Positions 13,251 through 27,282 are shown, counted from the stretch's first letter. The stretch is 45,036 bases of DNA from Octopus bimaculoides (GCF_001194135.2 NC_069004.1:22290172-22335207); one strand, 5' to 3'. The notes: a model not told the origin generated them from the sequence alone. A program made the numbers and translations.

Positions 13251-16074
13251 TCACAATATTGTATACATACAGACATTTGCGTAATATGAAACAGATTGGT
13301 GAAAGTGTGTGGCTTAGGATTTAATGCTATTCCTGTCTACTCAGCTGAAATGAGTACAAGCTGAGCACTGGCCTAACCATATCTCTCTCTAGCTGTCACA
13401 TCCTGAATATTATACTGAATCGACAGTGAAAGGGCAAAGAGAGACATTCTATGTCTACAAAGACACTTGAAACAATAAAAGCATGGTACATATTACCAAA
13501 TCATATTTGCTTGAGAGTTATGGCTGTAAAATTGGTTGATTATTTGTATAACTTAAAACATGCAGCTCATTAGCTGCCATCTTAAAAAGCAAGGAAAGAT
13601 TTTGTTCAGGAAGATTAGACTGCCAGAGTGAACATGTCAAATGAGTCATCATCTCAGTCACACAGCTTGCATGGATTCACATGACTCTCTGACACTACCC
13701 TACCCACTGTTTCTGAGAGGGTTGCACGGACAGAATCCTCAGGCTTGAGTCATAGTGAATCTTTCATTAGTTGATTACACAACCATGGTGAAAGTGGATG
13801 TGTTACAGTTACTCTCTTTATAGAGCTTGGTGATCCTGACCACTGATCTTCTAGGATTCCTCTGCTCAGCATCAATATAAGAAGTATCATCGGCTCAGTT
13901 GAGCTCTTCTGCTGCAATCCTATGATTTCCCCATATCCCTGGCAGGGTGGCTGAATGGGTGCTATGCTTGCCAAAGGGTAGCCCATAACTTATGCAGGGT
14001 ACGGTCATCAATTCGTGAGGTATTTTCAAAATACCTGCATATTCATGTCGAATGATTATACAGGATCAACAGAGTACATTAAAGAAAGATCAGTTTACTA
14101 CAGAGAAGGTCAACTGACTACATTATAAGATGACTTATTCAAAATTAACAGAACATGTCGAAGGCCACTACAGACAGACGACTACACAGAAACAGATCAG
14201 GCAGTGACAGTGAACTGATCAAATGACTCCACAGAATCAACATTGCTACAGTGAACAAGTGTCTGTAGAGAATCAACAGAATCTGTGGAAGAAGAAAGAT
14301 CAGGCAGCTACAGTGAATAGGTCAAGTAACTGACTAGATAGAATCATCAAAGAGAATTAGTCGATATCTGAGGAAATATACAATATATGGTGAAATATAA
14401 TGGAGGAACAATTCTAATGGCTTTCATAAAAAGAAAAATCAGCCTGATATAGTGAACAGGTCAAGTGACTACAACAAAATTAACAGCATCTGTTGAAGAA
14501 GAAAGACCAGGTCGCTACAGTGAACAAGTCAAGTGACTACTCAGAATCTACAAAGACATCAACAACAACAACTCTAACCATTTTATGAGTCAATATCTTG
14601 GGAAATGCATCATAAATGGTGAAACATAATTTAGGAACAATTCTGATGATTTTCATAAAAGAATGTGCGTGTGTGTGTGTGTGTGTGTGTATTGCAAATC
14701 GATAACAACCATTGGCTTTGAAATAATTTTGCCAATTAGATAAATATCTATCAGGCCAGTCAATAAAACCAATTTTATCGAGTTTGAATGGTTTACAGAG
14801 ATCTGTTCTGTCTGTGTGCCTGTTAAAGAGCCAAACAGATGTTTTACATTACATATGGGTACAGGTATGGCTGTCATCATCATCATCATCTGGCTGTGTG
14901 GGCAAGAAGTTTGCTTCACAACACTATGGTTCCAGATTCCATTTCACTACACAACATATTGGGTAGGGGATGTATTTAAATAAATCAGCTACAGTATGTT
15001 ACTGGTAGTTATTTCATCAACACTGAAGGAACAAAAAGTATAATAGGCAACAGTAATAGAATTTGATTTTAAAAATCTCTATAAACTGTAAATATCTTTT
15101 AAAGGTATTTTAGGCTAACATTTGTCAAGAATAATTTTTCCTATATTGACATCAGAAAACTTTTTATATTCGTTTTTCTATGTTGATATGGGCTGTTCCA
15201 GTGAACTGTCTAGTCACTTGTCACTCTTTTGCCATCCGATGCACACAACAGAAAAATGCGACAATCATCGTTTTTGTTTGTTTTTGTTATGGCTGCATAC
15301 CCTTCCTATCGCCAACCACTTTACAAGATAGATTACGCGTGTTGAATCGTGATTAAAATGTCCGCTTCCACCCTAGCACAAACCAAAAATTCTTTTAGCA
15401 AGGGAGAGGGCAATATTACTAGACCAATCCGTCACAGGACCTTATTCAGAAATGTCAGAATGCTCCACAGTAGTAACGACTGCTTTTTTTACTCATTAAA
15501 AAAAGACCATAATCTGAAATGTGGGATTTTGTCCCCAAACCTCACAGCAACCAAACTTAACGATCTCTTCTAATTCTTGGATAGTAAAACCATTGTTATC
15601 GATACCCACATTCACCAGTTTCCTCTTGTTACATAGATTTTAACCTCAGTATATTACTAGTTACATATTTTAAAGAGTCAAAAGGAATTTTATCCAAGAA
15701 AAAGGAATACCGAAACTAAATAAAGGTATTTCCATCCGACGTGTCTTTCTTTCCTCCCCACGGTCCTCCATATATTAATAATTATTAGTAAATACGGCTT
15801 TCACTTAATCACAATATCTTTAAATTTATAATAAAAGGGGGAAACTGTATGATGGGCAAGCCTTTCTCAAGGGCATGTGTGTGTGTAAACGCTCTAAAAC
15901 TTTTCAATTGATCCTTTTCCTCCTACTTAAGAAGCCACTTCACCCTTTCATATCAAATAAAAAATACGGGCAAGTGCCTTCTTCATTTATATTAAAGCTG
16001 CAGCTGTGAAAATAAGCCTTCACAAAACCTATTATCTTAACTTTTGTTAGTACGAAGACGATGTGGAGTAGAAA

Positions 16075-16108
<34 letters not shown>

Positions 16109-16300
16109 GCACACACACTTTTTACAGTAATCTGGGTAGGTGGTCTGCAACCATCGCTCCTCCACCGAGCACATTGTCTAGCACATTATATTTACGAACT
16201 TTTAAAATATATACAAATGGTTGTGTCGGTGAAATAACTGTCCTTACCCTTTCTTTGCTCGTATCATCACCAATGACATTTGTTACAACCTCGTGTGAGT

Positions 16301-16353
<53 letters not shown>

Positions 16354-18734
16354 AGAGTCAAAATGTCACTAAATTTATAATTCACACGAGTTGTTTTGAG
16401 AAAATTTATAAAACTTCACATGTTCACACCAATCCACCACAACAGAGCCAACAAGGAGAGCATTTAAGCGTTCACTCGCTATGCTAGAATAGTAGCTATG
16501 TCTTGCTTAAATAACAGGATGACATAACACATTCAATAGGTGCTCTTAGGTACCAGACGACTGGGGAGGAGAACAGGATGGTCACCATCAGAAAAACTTA
16601 TGATCAACAATCAGCTCGTTCAGGTCTGACCTGAAACTAANNNNNNNNNNGAAAAACTTATGATCAACAATCAGCTCGTTCAGGTCTGACCTGAAACTAA
16701 ACAACAACCTCCACTTCGCCACACACAATATTGGAGGAGAGACGTAGATAGGCCATCAAATCAACATCAGTGCTCGACTGGTTATTTAATTTATCGACCA
16801 CAGAGGGTTGAACGATATGCTCGAAATGGCAGCCAAACTGCCCTCAAGTCATTCTCTATTGTCTTTAAGAAAAGGGGGTCAGTGTAGGAAGGATACACTG
16901 TACAGTGCAGTCCTAGACACATTTCCATAAATTAAAAAATATAATTCAGGATGATCACTACAGAAATATCTTTGATCATCGGACTGCTCAATCAGGTTTG
17001 ATCAGAGGATAACAACAAGAGCCAGAGCCAGAGCCAGAGCAAACGAGGGAGCCTCTACATGGGCGCATAACTGCTAGAAATAGTAGCCAAATCTTCTAAT
17101 CGTACTCTCTAAAAAAGGGTAAACGTTTTGGATAATGTCATATCTAAAAATACCGGAATAGTCATGTGTGGAATGTCTTTACTATAGGTCTTCTTGATGA
17201 AACCGAGGAGACAACAACTGGCCTATCAACCAGAGAGATGCAAAGCAGCAAAAACACCTTCGGTTTGATGAGCAAGGAGGACAATCTCATGAAGAATGTG
17301 TAATTGCGACGTTCAGGTATTTCTCCATGGTGGCGCAATGTCAATAATTTCTTCCCCTCCCTTCTTCATATCAGAACCAGCTCTAATGGAGAAGCAAAAG
17401 AATGTTGTGTGCTGTGACATTCATCTCTCTCCGTTCAAGAGCCGCTAGCGACTTAAGTAAAATAAAATAATTACATCTGGAGTTCAAAGTTGCTGTAATT
17501 GCTGTTGTTTTAACCCCCAGAACACCCTTGCTTAACCAAAGGAATTCCATTCATGACCAACCCATCAATTTTGAGGCACAGTGTATCTGGGACAATTATG
17601 TCTTTCTTTTAAAATGGTAGGGTATAGTTTTAAAATGATAGAGTCTAGTTTTTAAATGGTAGGGTATAGTTTTGGGGATATTTGGCTACTCATTGCAGCA
17701 GATTTTGCGACTATATAAAGGCTTTCTTGTAAGTCAAATGACATAACACATTCAATAGGTGCTCTTAGGTACCAGACGACTGGGGAGGAGAACAGGATGG
17801 TCACCATCAGAAAAACTTATGATCAACAATCAGTTCGTTCAGGTCTGACCTGAAACTAAACAACAACCTCCACTTCGCCACACACAATATTGGAGGAGAG
17901 ACGTAGATAGGCCATCAAATCAACATCAGTGTGTATGAAAGGTTTAGGAATTAAAATAAATAAATAAATAAATAAATAAGAGTAGGTGTCTGCAGAGGTG
18001 TTAGAGCTAGTGAAGTTAGTTCGAAAGTGACTGTTTCCGTATTTGATAAAATCTTAATTATGACTCATTTCTCAAACATTGTGTAGTGTGGCAGCAACTG
18101 AATATATATATATATATATATATATATAAGTATGCTGCGTCGTGTGTTTATCTGCTTATCAGTATTCTCAGTCAATTGAAAAAAAAATATTAATTTATAC
18201 TGAATAATTTATAATGAAATTAAATTTTCTCTTTTGCAGACGAAGGGACAACCCCGAAACAAGATTACTTCCTTTTTACCCCCACGGTACACAAACTTAT
18301 TCAAGCACACAAGTTTCACTACTTTTGTATAAGAACAAGAAAGCATTATTCACAACGTGAATTTAACAGAATATGCCATCAGGTATGTCTAGCATATTAA
18401 AATTATACACACACATAGCTTAATAAGAATTTATAACGATTAACTTTCTATAAACAGACAAAAATATTCGACATATTTTCAAATATTTGAAGAGACGAGG
18501 AAGCATGTTTCGAAGTTTGTTTTAAACAACGAAAATTAAGGGCAAAAAGGAAGTTATTTCTAAATATACTGTCAATATTTAGAACCTGTAAAAAATATTT
18601 TCTCTTAAATTTTCTGAAGCTTCTGTAAATTAAAATAATAATAAACCATTTTTCCCCTACCGACTCCTTATACATTAAAACTATGAAAAAAATCGTTATG
18701 AGCGGGTGGTCGTGAACGTTTCTAAGTTGTCACT

Positions 18735-18922
18735 CAAACTGCTAGAAATAGCAGCCAAATCTCCCTCAAATCAATTTTCCAGTCTTGAAAAAGAGGAAAT
18801 ACATTGGATAATGTGATCCTAGATGCACTATTTATAAAAGAAAGGTGAGATATTCACAGCTGGAGCGTCTTTGTTCATAGATGTTGCCTAACGAAGGTTG
18901 ACCTGGGGCTAAATAACAACAC
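18735..18922 (+). repeat. Dispersed repeat family D (old, unclassified)
   Basis: ctgctagaaatagcagccaaatctccctcaaatc...cattggataatgt...gacctggggctaaataacaac. Diverged copies near 2760, 7420, 16480, 16820, 17070, 17500(-), 20245, 22130 and 28800(-). Confidence 0.65.
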
Positions 18923-21512
18923 AGTAATCGATATGATGTTAGCATACACTCACCGGTTTCTTCAGAAAAGAAATAATAATATATAATATAAGGTATCAGG
19001 TGCTTTCATCGTATACCTATGATTTTATTATTGGTAACGTCATTTCATTGTCTTTCACCAGGAGAAATTAAAAGTTTGCTTTAGTTTGCTTTCGCCATCA
19101 CAGCCAAGATCATGCTAGAGCACTTGTCCAATACGAAAAACTTTAAATATACACTTTCAAGTTGCTCTGTGTTTCATTAAATTAACATTTAAAAAGAAGA
19201 AAAATACCTCTTTAAAATTATTATTTTTTGCTAGTAAAAAATAATTCTTAATAATTTGAAAGTGTGAGTTTTGTGAACTTTGTCAAAATCTTAACAGCTA
19301 CAAATTTCTTTTATATTTAATTATTATTATAAAGAGGAATAATTAGCTGATTTAAGTAATGTCAAAATAACTTTGTTATTGAAATAAAAAATAACGTTTG
19401 AGGCGGGACAAGGACACAAATTTGATTTAACACATTACCAGTACTTAAATGAAATATAAACAGTGATAAAAACGTTGAGAAAATACATGCAAAGGTAAAC
19501 AGATTCAGGCACACGCAAAGAGAAATATTTAAATACATGACAGAAAGAAAGATAGATGGGCAGAAAAGAAGAAAAGAGACGTGGAAGGAGGAAGATTCGG
19601 GAAACTCAAATTAAAAGGTGAAAGATAAACATATTAGATACGAAGACATGCAGCAGTTTTTCTAACAGGCAAATACTTGTGTATGCTGATGGACAAAGAC
19701 GGATTGTCTCTCCAAGACAATAAAGAAGACATTAAACGCACATACAGAGAGACAATGACTGCGATTAGTACACATATAGTCAAACATAAAACATACTTGA
19801 ACACAGACATAGAAAACAGGTATTTTACACTCGTCCAGACATATACAGGAAGCGCACGCTAAAACTCGGTTATGAATGAATACATAACTACTTACAGAGA
19901 TAAGTGTTTATAAAAATATTAATTAAAGGAAAAACTAATTTACTGAGGAAGGCCTCAGTGCGAGCATGAAGTCATATACGTGTGTGAGTATACATATAAA
20001 TCATGTGTACACATATATATATATCTGTTATAGTCCTCATACACCTTGAGTTCTCTATGTAGATACGTAAGCGCGTGCGGTGGTTAGAAGACTAAAACAA
20101 AATTTAATGTCACAGTTGTGTGTATGAATGGTTTTGTTATACTTTAATCATGATCCGGTTTCAATTATTAGTAGGGAAGCGCTTCACTTGCACTCATACC
20201 TTTTAAGAAAACACCATGCGGCGTGTGAGTCTCTATGTAGTCGCATAATCTGCTAGAAATGACAGCCAAATTTACCATATTTGCCCGTGTAGGATCTTTT
20301 TTAAAACGGGGGCCACATTTTTCATTAATGTTTTACGTAGTGTTTTTGGTACTGAAAGACTTTCAATCGTTAATGAAAAATGTGACCCCCGTTTTAAAAA
20401 AGATCCAAAGTTGTTAGCAAGTTGGAATATGAAAATTTTATACCAAGATTTGACCCTAAATTAGGGGTGTGACTTATCCACGGGGGATCTTTTTTAAAAC
20501 GGGGGCCACAACGTAAAACATTAATGAAAAATGTGGCCCCCGTTTTAAAAAAGATCCGCAACTTTGCCCCGTGTATAACCCGCACCCAGTTGTTTCAGTT
20601 AAAATCAAGTACAATATACTGTGCCTTGAATACGGTACTTCAAATAACACTACTTTTTAAGAAAGGTAGACCACATAGGATAATGTAATCCTTGATACAC
20701 TGCGTATGGGAAAATGAGCTGGACGCGGCTAGAAAGTCTTGGAGAATAGATGTATTAAATCAGACATACCAGCCACCCTTTTCACCCCCAGAAAATCAAT
20801 ATCAACACGTGTATGTGTAAACGTGTGCTTGTATATGTATGTATATATTACACAATATCAACACGTGTATGTGTAAACGTGTGCTTGTATACGTATGTAT
20901 ATATTACACAAACATAAAAAAGTAACCGACCAAGCGGAGACAGTGGGGGATCACAGTTGACTGGCTACATCAACAGATGGAGAAAAAGAAGAAAAAAAAA
21001 GAGAGAAATAGAATTAAATAATTCCGAGTATCGAGGAGATGGGGAATATGGGTGGGTAGGTTTGTACAAATCGAGATATTGATGATGGAAAACGATTGTG
21101 TAAGTGAAGCTTGATCTCGCATAAGTTTCAATAGATTTTCTTTTTTCCTTTTTCAAATCAAATCAAATCTTTCACGTCAAAATGTGCAACGAAATCTATA
21201 AATAAATAAATATGTTCTAATCAATTTCTGACGCGAATAAAATAACTGATGTCGATCGAATCTCTCAAATATGAAAGGTCAACACCATAACAAAGTTTTT
21301 GAATTAGATACTGTTAATATATCGTCCCGCCTATCAATCCACAATCTTTGGTGCCATCTTTTGTCCAAACTAACTGAATTTGCTCTATAATACATTATTC
21401 CTATTATTATTATTCTTTTAGGAACTACTAGGCTATTTTTTTTATTAGGATGGATCTATAAAAGCATCCAAGACGTCAATAGCATTATAATAGAAAAATT
21501 ATTACCTTAGAA

Positions 21513-21806
21513 CAATGTTTCTCAAAATGGATTTTGGTAAAAAAAAAAAATTTTTTTAAAACATGGTTCCGTGAAAAAAATTGTAGGGTTTCCCAAAAAA
21601 AATCTAATAAAAATTTATTTAATAAAAAAAAAATCATTCACCCTTTTCAATATAAAATGCATAAAATACTTTCTCTAAGACAATTTTTGCTTCATTTATT
21701 ATCATTAGGAATGGCAAGGGATTTGGGTGTAAAATATCGTTATGGGTTCCACAATTTTTGGAAAATCATATAAAGGTTTCATGACAAAATAGTTTAGGAA
21801 CCACTG
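21513..21806. mobile_element. hAT (Charlie-like) MITE
   Basis: Ends caatgtttctcaaa / tttaggaaccactg resemble CAGTGGTTCYCAA-type TIRs. The 8-bp TSD is not convincing. Confidence 0.5.
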
Positions 21807-23097
21807 CCCCAGTTCATTAATTTAGTGATTATTTTATAAATTCTGGCGGAAATTAAACAGAATTCACAACATAGTTGAACAAAACTGAAGGCATTTTATT
21901 CCGGCGTCCCATTTGTATCAACCACAGCAAGGTTCCATGTGGTCGATCGAACCTGTTGAGAACCGCCAATCTCCACCAAATTTATAAAAAAGAAAAACAT
22001 CCTTAAAAAACAGAAATGATACATTGGATGTCTTAGGTAGACTGTGTTGGTAAAAAAAAACTGAGTGGTCGTGGCTAGAACGCCTTAGAGAATGGGTCTG
22101 CTCAATTAGGGCTGAACTGGAATTAAACAACACACCTAAGCCTCTGTAATTAGAATAGTAACCAAATTTTGATCAAATCACAACTTAAAAAAGACCCACT
22201 GGATAATGTAGTCCTAGATATATCTATAAGAAATAGATGGTCACGGTTGGGATATCTTTGATCATTGGGTGCTCAATCAGGGCTGATCTGAGACTAAATA
22301 ACCAACCACGATATGCAACAATGCTTGCTCATGAAATATACTGTATTCTTACAGCCTAACAAATTACTGGAACTACTGTTTACAATAAGATGACAGGACT
22401 AGGACATCGAGAATTAAGGATCTTGGCCGCAATCAAGCATGCAATGTTGAGATACAGCAGCGCTCAATCGTAATATATTACTGGTACTTGTTTTATCGAT
22501 CCACCAGACAGAAAATAACGGCAGGAAAGCAGCAAAAACGAGATTTCAAATAGAAATATATGAGTTCAAATTAAGGCAATTCTGTTTATCTGTCCCCAAA
22601 ATCAAAACATGATTGCGGGTTGTAGGATCTCGACATTTTTTTTACTCATGGTATTTAAGGACCACCTCATGTAGTAAATCTTTCATTATTTTCCCAGTAC
22701 GTAGGATGTGTAATTTCAAGATTTTAATTTCAGTTTTTTTTTAACATTCAAAATTATCATTGTGAATAACAAAATATAAGAAATCCCAAATACTGAATAA
22801 ATATATTCACATTTATAACGAAACCTGGTAATAATAATGAGACGAGAGGAACACTCGATCAAACGTTTTAACTTCCATTTAAAATTATATCAAAACAGCA
22901 AAAAGAAAGGCTTTGCCAACATTTGATTCGGCCTTACCTTTGAGACATTCCTAAGTATTACATTATTTAAGCCCTTAAGGGGAAACATTTGACCTATTTA
23001 TCAATACTAGAACGTGGAAGTTTGTTACATATTCGGACAGAAGGTTCAATACGTTAAAAGAACGACCTCTTGTAGGAGATAATTTACAGTTCTTTTA

Positions 23098-23470
23098 TTC
23101 TTTTGCCTGTTTCACTCATTTGACTGCGGCCATGCTGGAGCACCGCCTTTAGTCGAACAAATCAATCCCAGGACTTATTCTTTGTAAACCTAGCACTTAT
23201 TCTACCGGTCTTTTTTTGCCGAACGTCTAATTTACGGGGACGTGAACAGTATCAGTTATCAAGCGATGGTGGGGGGAACAAACACAGACACACAAATATA
23301 TATATACGATGGACTTCTTTCAGTTTCCGTCTACCAACTCCACTCACAAGGCTTTGGTCGGTCCAAGGCTATAGCAGAAGACACTTGCCCAAGGTGCTAC
23401 GCGGTGGGACTGAATCCGGAACCATGAGGTTGGGAAGCAAGCTTCTTACCAGACAGCCACTCCTGCACCT
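23098..23470 (-). mobile_element. SINE family A, full length
   Basis: Matches the family throughout. Confidence 0.88.
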
Positions 23471-23509
23471 GTTATGTAAAAATCATAACTTTTATTTAAA
23501 ATATTAAAA

Positions 23510-24035
23510 ATCACAATTAGGTTTCTTTTTCTCTGTCTTTTTGTGACTCAAATTTGTAAATGCTCCGACGATCCGGGTAAAATTCACGCAGTTTAATAAT
23601 ATAAAGGCAAGTGCCACTTGTTCAACGTGGTCAATATGTTTTAATAAGTAAAAAAAATCCATATCTTTGTGCCATAATAAAGTTGAATATGGACAAAAGT
23701 TATAAACATTTTCAACAGAAAGTTTTCGCATGACTAAAAGTATTTAAGATGAAATACATAATTTGAAATAAAATAAGTAATGACTTCAAATCGAATTTAG
23801 TTACCCGAATCTCTAGGCTAAAGGTTTTGAGCACTTGGAATTTTATCGTTAGTCTATAGACAGAAAAATATTCTATATCGAACATTTTTGGATAGCCAAC
23901 ACAATTGCATTCCTTGAGCCCGTAAGAACATTTGCAAGTGATCAAAATTCAGGATTTTCTCTGAATTCCTATTTAGAGAGAAATATAATTTTACATCATC
24001 AGCATACAATTTTAAACTAGAAAGCCAAAGGGGCG
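23510..24035 (-). mobile_element. CR1/L2-type LINE reverse-transcriptase relic
   Basis: SSLKLYADDVKLYFS (YADD catalytic motif) followed, across frameshifts, by TFVHIQLYYGTKIW..YLLKHIDHVEQV..FTRIVGAFTNLS, typical of the CR1/L2 RT thumb. Confidence 0.78.
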
Positions 24036-25515
24036 GAAACACCTGCAGAGCCGCTTCATCACCTGATGAGACATCGACTCCTGCATTTGGAGACGAGGTA
24101 CAGCAGCAATTTCAGCACACAAGTGTTCACACTAAAACGCGAGTCACTTTATGTAGATTAAGAAAAGAAGTAGTCCAATGATTCAGCCTTGCAGAACTCC
24201 ATAACTGAAAATTAAAGTAGTGGTAAATTTTTAAATGAGCATAATTTTCTAGTTTAAATTACCTTTTAACTTTTGCTAAAAGTTAACTTTCCCAACAATT
24301 TCAGCTTTTTTTTTTAATTTTAGGTGAGATGCGATATCAAATATTTTTTTATTATAGCTAAATAAATAACATCGACATTGAAACCCCGATCGTCTCTTTT
24401 CTGATCACCAATGTTTGTCAAAATCTGTTGGACTCGCTCTAACCACTAAACCAGTTTTGGTTTCTCTTTCCATCTCTGTAAATGTCTGTCTACCAATCGT
24501 TGACTTGCAACAGTTTAAGTGGAACGTTGGCGGCATTAATCTCAACCAGTCTCGGATAGACTGCTCTCTTATTACGGGTGGATAGCATTGCCATTTATTT
24601 CTGTTGTTGAATTAATCTATCAGTACTTTTCTGTATTTCTTTTCTCTTTCGGTTATTTTAATATTCGTTACAATCGTTATGTGCTGACAAGTGAAATGCA
24701 TCTCGCGACTGACCAAATCAACGAAAACAATTTCCGAATCCTCTTAAGAAAAGCAAAACATCGAAATTATTTTAACAAAAAAAAAAAGGGAGGAATAAGA
24801 GGAAACTGAAGAGAAATATATAATTTGTCAACTGAGTGCATTTTTCAAAATGATTAAAGCCTTCCATAAAGACAAGCAATTGGAAGAAAACTTGACAAAG
24901 AATGCGCTTATGTTAAAAATGGAAAGAATGAAGATATTTTCCATTCAACAAAAACCATTAACACCCCACTCCTTAGCCAAGAATGATGGCCACAGAAAAA
25001 TTTTGATGCGATGTTACAACCCCCTATTTTCTCACCTATAGTCAAATTTCTACTCTCTCTCTCTCTCTCTCGCTCGCTCTATCACTGATTCCATTTTTCC
25101 ATTCTTCTCTCATTCTTTCGCGAATTTCCCGATGCATGTTCAATCTCACCATCCTACCACCTCACCTTTTCGTCTGGACCCTTATTACCTCTCTCGTCTG
25201 CATATTTCCACACTTCTAGTTTCTCTTTTCTCAAAATCTATTTCAATCTCCCTGGCTAGACTTGCAATTCTATTTATCTTTCTCCATGTGTCTTTATCTG
25301 TTCTCCTCGTTTCCTTTCCTTTTCTATCTATTCGCTATAGTTGTATGTCTATTCAATATATCACCATCACCTTAGTTTCTTCCTTTTTCTCTCCATCTCA
25401 CACCTTATACCTCAATTCTCCCAAGTGTCTTCTCTATTGTTCGATCTATACCACATCCATCGCTTTCTGTCTCACTCACCATACCTCTATCTGTCACTAT
25501 CTCTTTTTCTTTCTT

Positions 25516-25555
<40 letters not shown>

Positions 25556-26759
25556 GTTCTCTCTACCTCTTTATATTTATTGTCTCTGTATCACCTCCCC
25601 ACTTGCTCTCTCTCTCTCTCCCCTATTCACTGGTGAGTAATCACGCCAAACACCGACTAGAAACTGTAAAAAGAAGGAAGATGGGGGTAGGAGAGAGAGA
25701 GAGGGCCACGTCTGGTTTTCTACATTCTAGATTTATTGGAGGTGTTTACGGGTATCAAAGACAACAGACGCGGTAGCAGGAAGTAGGAGGGAGCTAATAT
25801 TGGTGCAAAGCCAGACTTCTGGTATGGTAAAGGGTTGCAGAATTTGGTAAAATAATGAAGATTTCGTGTGACCTGTGCCAGGTCACAAACAGAAAGACAA
25901 TAATAGTTGCATTCTTAGGAATGCAAGCTAAACTTTCTCTACAGAGAGAGGGCCAAACCGATTATTGAAACTTTTGAGACAATTTAATAGAAATAACTAT
26001 TTTATCTTGTTTTTCAAAATAGCTTACATTAATTGCTAATATTTTTGTTCCATTATTGGAGCTAAGTTCTGTCATGTGAGTGAAAATTCCTTGAAAAAAA
26101 AAAAGGAAAAAACAAATCAGCGGAATTTCTTCGTGTTTTCAAACAACTCGATTATTGTGATAATTTCTTTTGATTTGAAGCCAGTTTTTACAGGTGGGAA
26201 ATATAAAGTTTGAATCGAAGCATTATATTACTGGTATATGATTTATCAATCTTGATTTTATTCCGATATATTGGAGTTCAGCTAATTCTTCTTATGTTCT
26301 TTTTACACCCAGGTCAGCTCTTATCGAGCAGGTCAAAGATAATCTTGCCGTGACCATCCTGTCATTTTTTTTTCCAGGCAATATATCCACTGTATTCCTC
26401 CCATATTTAAGGTGGACTGGCTGTGCACTGATTTGAGCTGTTACTTCTATAGATCGAGTGACCGTGACGGACTCCCTTACTAACTCCATAGAATGGGTAC
26501 ACATGTATTTATTTATTCAGAAGCTCACGTTTCTCCGACTTTCTCGTTACGTGCAATCGTTCAAGGCAGGAAGAGATGAATCAGTGATCTCTTTTATCTG
26601 AATAAGCAATTGTATCCGATAGTATGGTTGTTATTCAGACAGAAACAAACAGAGCTCGCATTAGTGGTAACAAACAGGAAAAAAGTGCCCAATGCCGGGG
26701 AAGAGTACATAATCTATATAGTCTGCCTGGGGTTCAAGAGTCACGAAATTTATTTGATT

Positions 26760-26916
26760 ATTCTATATATATATACATATATATACATACATATATATAT
26801 ATATATACATACATACATACACATACATATACATACACATACATACATATACATACATCCATATACATATATACATATCCATCCATCCATCCATACATAC
26901 ATACATACATACATAC

Positions 26917-26972
<56 letters not shown>
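26760..26972. repeat. (TA)/(TACA)/(CATC) compound microsatellite
   Basis: Direct reading. Similar tracts at 4500, 5110, 16080, 16310, 28137, 32290, 37425, 38290, 40350, 42058, 42520 and 44310. Confidence 0.95.
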
Positions 26973-26975
<3 letters not shown>

Positions 26976-27282
26976 AGTTGTGGTCCCCATGCCAGTGGCA
27001 CGTAAAAAGCAACAACTGAACGTGGTCGATGGTAGCCTGCTCGCTCTGACTGGCTCCTGTTCTGGTGGCACATAAAAAAGCACCATCTAAATGTGGCCAA
27101 TGCCAGTGCCACCCTGACTGGCTCGCATGCTGGTGACATGTAAAAAGCAGCATCCGATCGTGATCGATGCCAGCCTCATCTGGTCCAGTGTCGGTGACAC
27201 TCTTGGAGTGGTTGGCATTAGAAAGGGCATCCAGCTGTAGAAACATATATATTATGTATATATATTTATATATATATATACT

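Noticed and set aside
13610-13990. Possible LINE 3' fragment on the minus strand
   Set aside because: No diagnostic RT or endonuclease motif could be read.
16122-16385. Protein-like minus-strand ORF (EVVTNVIGDDTSKERVRTV...)
   Set aside because: Begins in a (CT)n tract, has only a weak GAG acceptor, shows no coiled-coil or ERC similarity and ends in a stop; the plus strand has better splice signals.
24040-24150. tcatca-cc-tgatga micro-palindrome with downstream aaaacgcgagtc (possible further hammerhead)
   Set aside because: No GAAA in register and no convincing stem I or II; at best a heavily decayed relic.
25132-25776. 214-aa hydrophobic ORF
   Set aside because: A product of CT-rich low-complexity sequence; no family motif.
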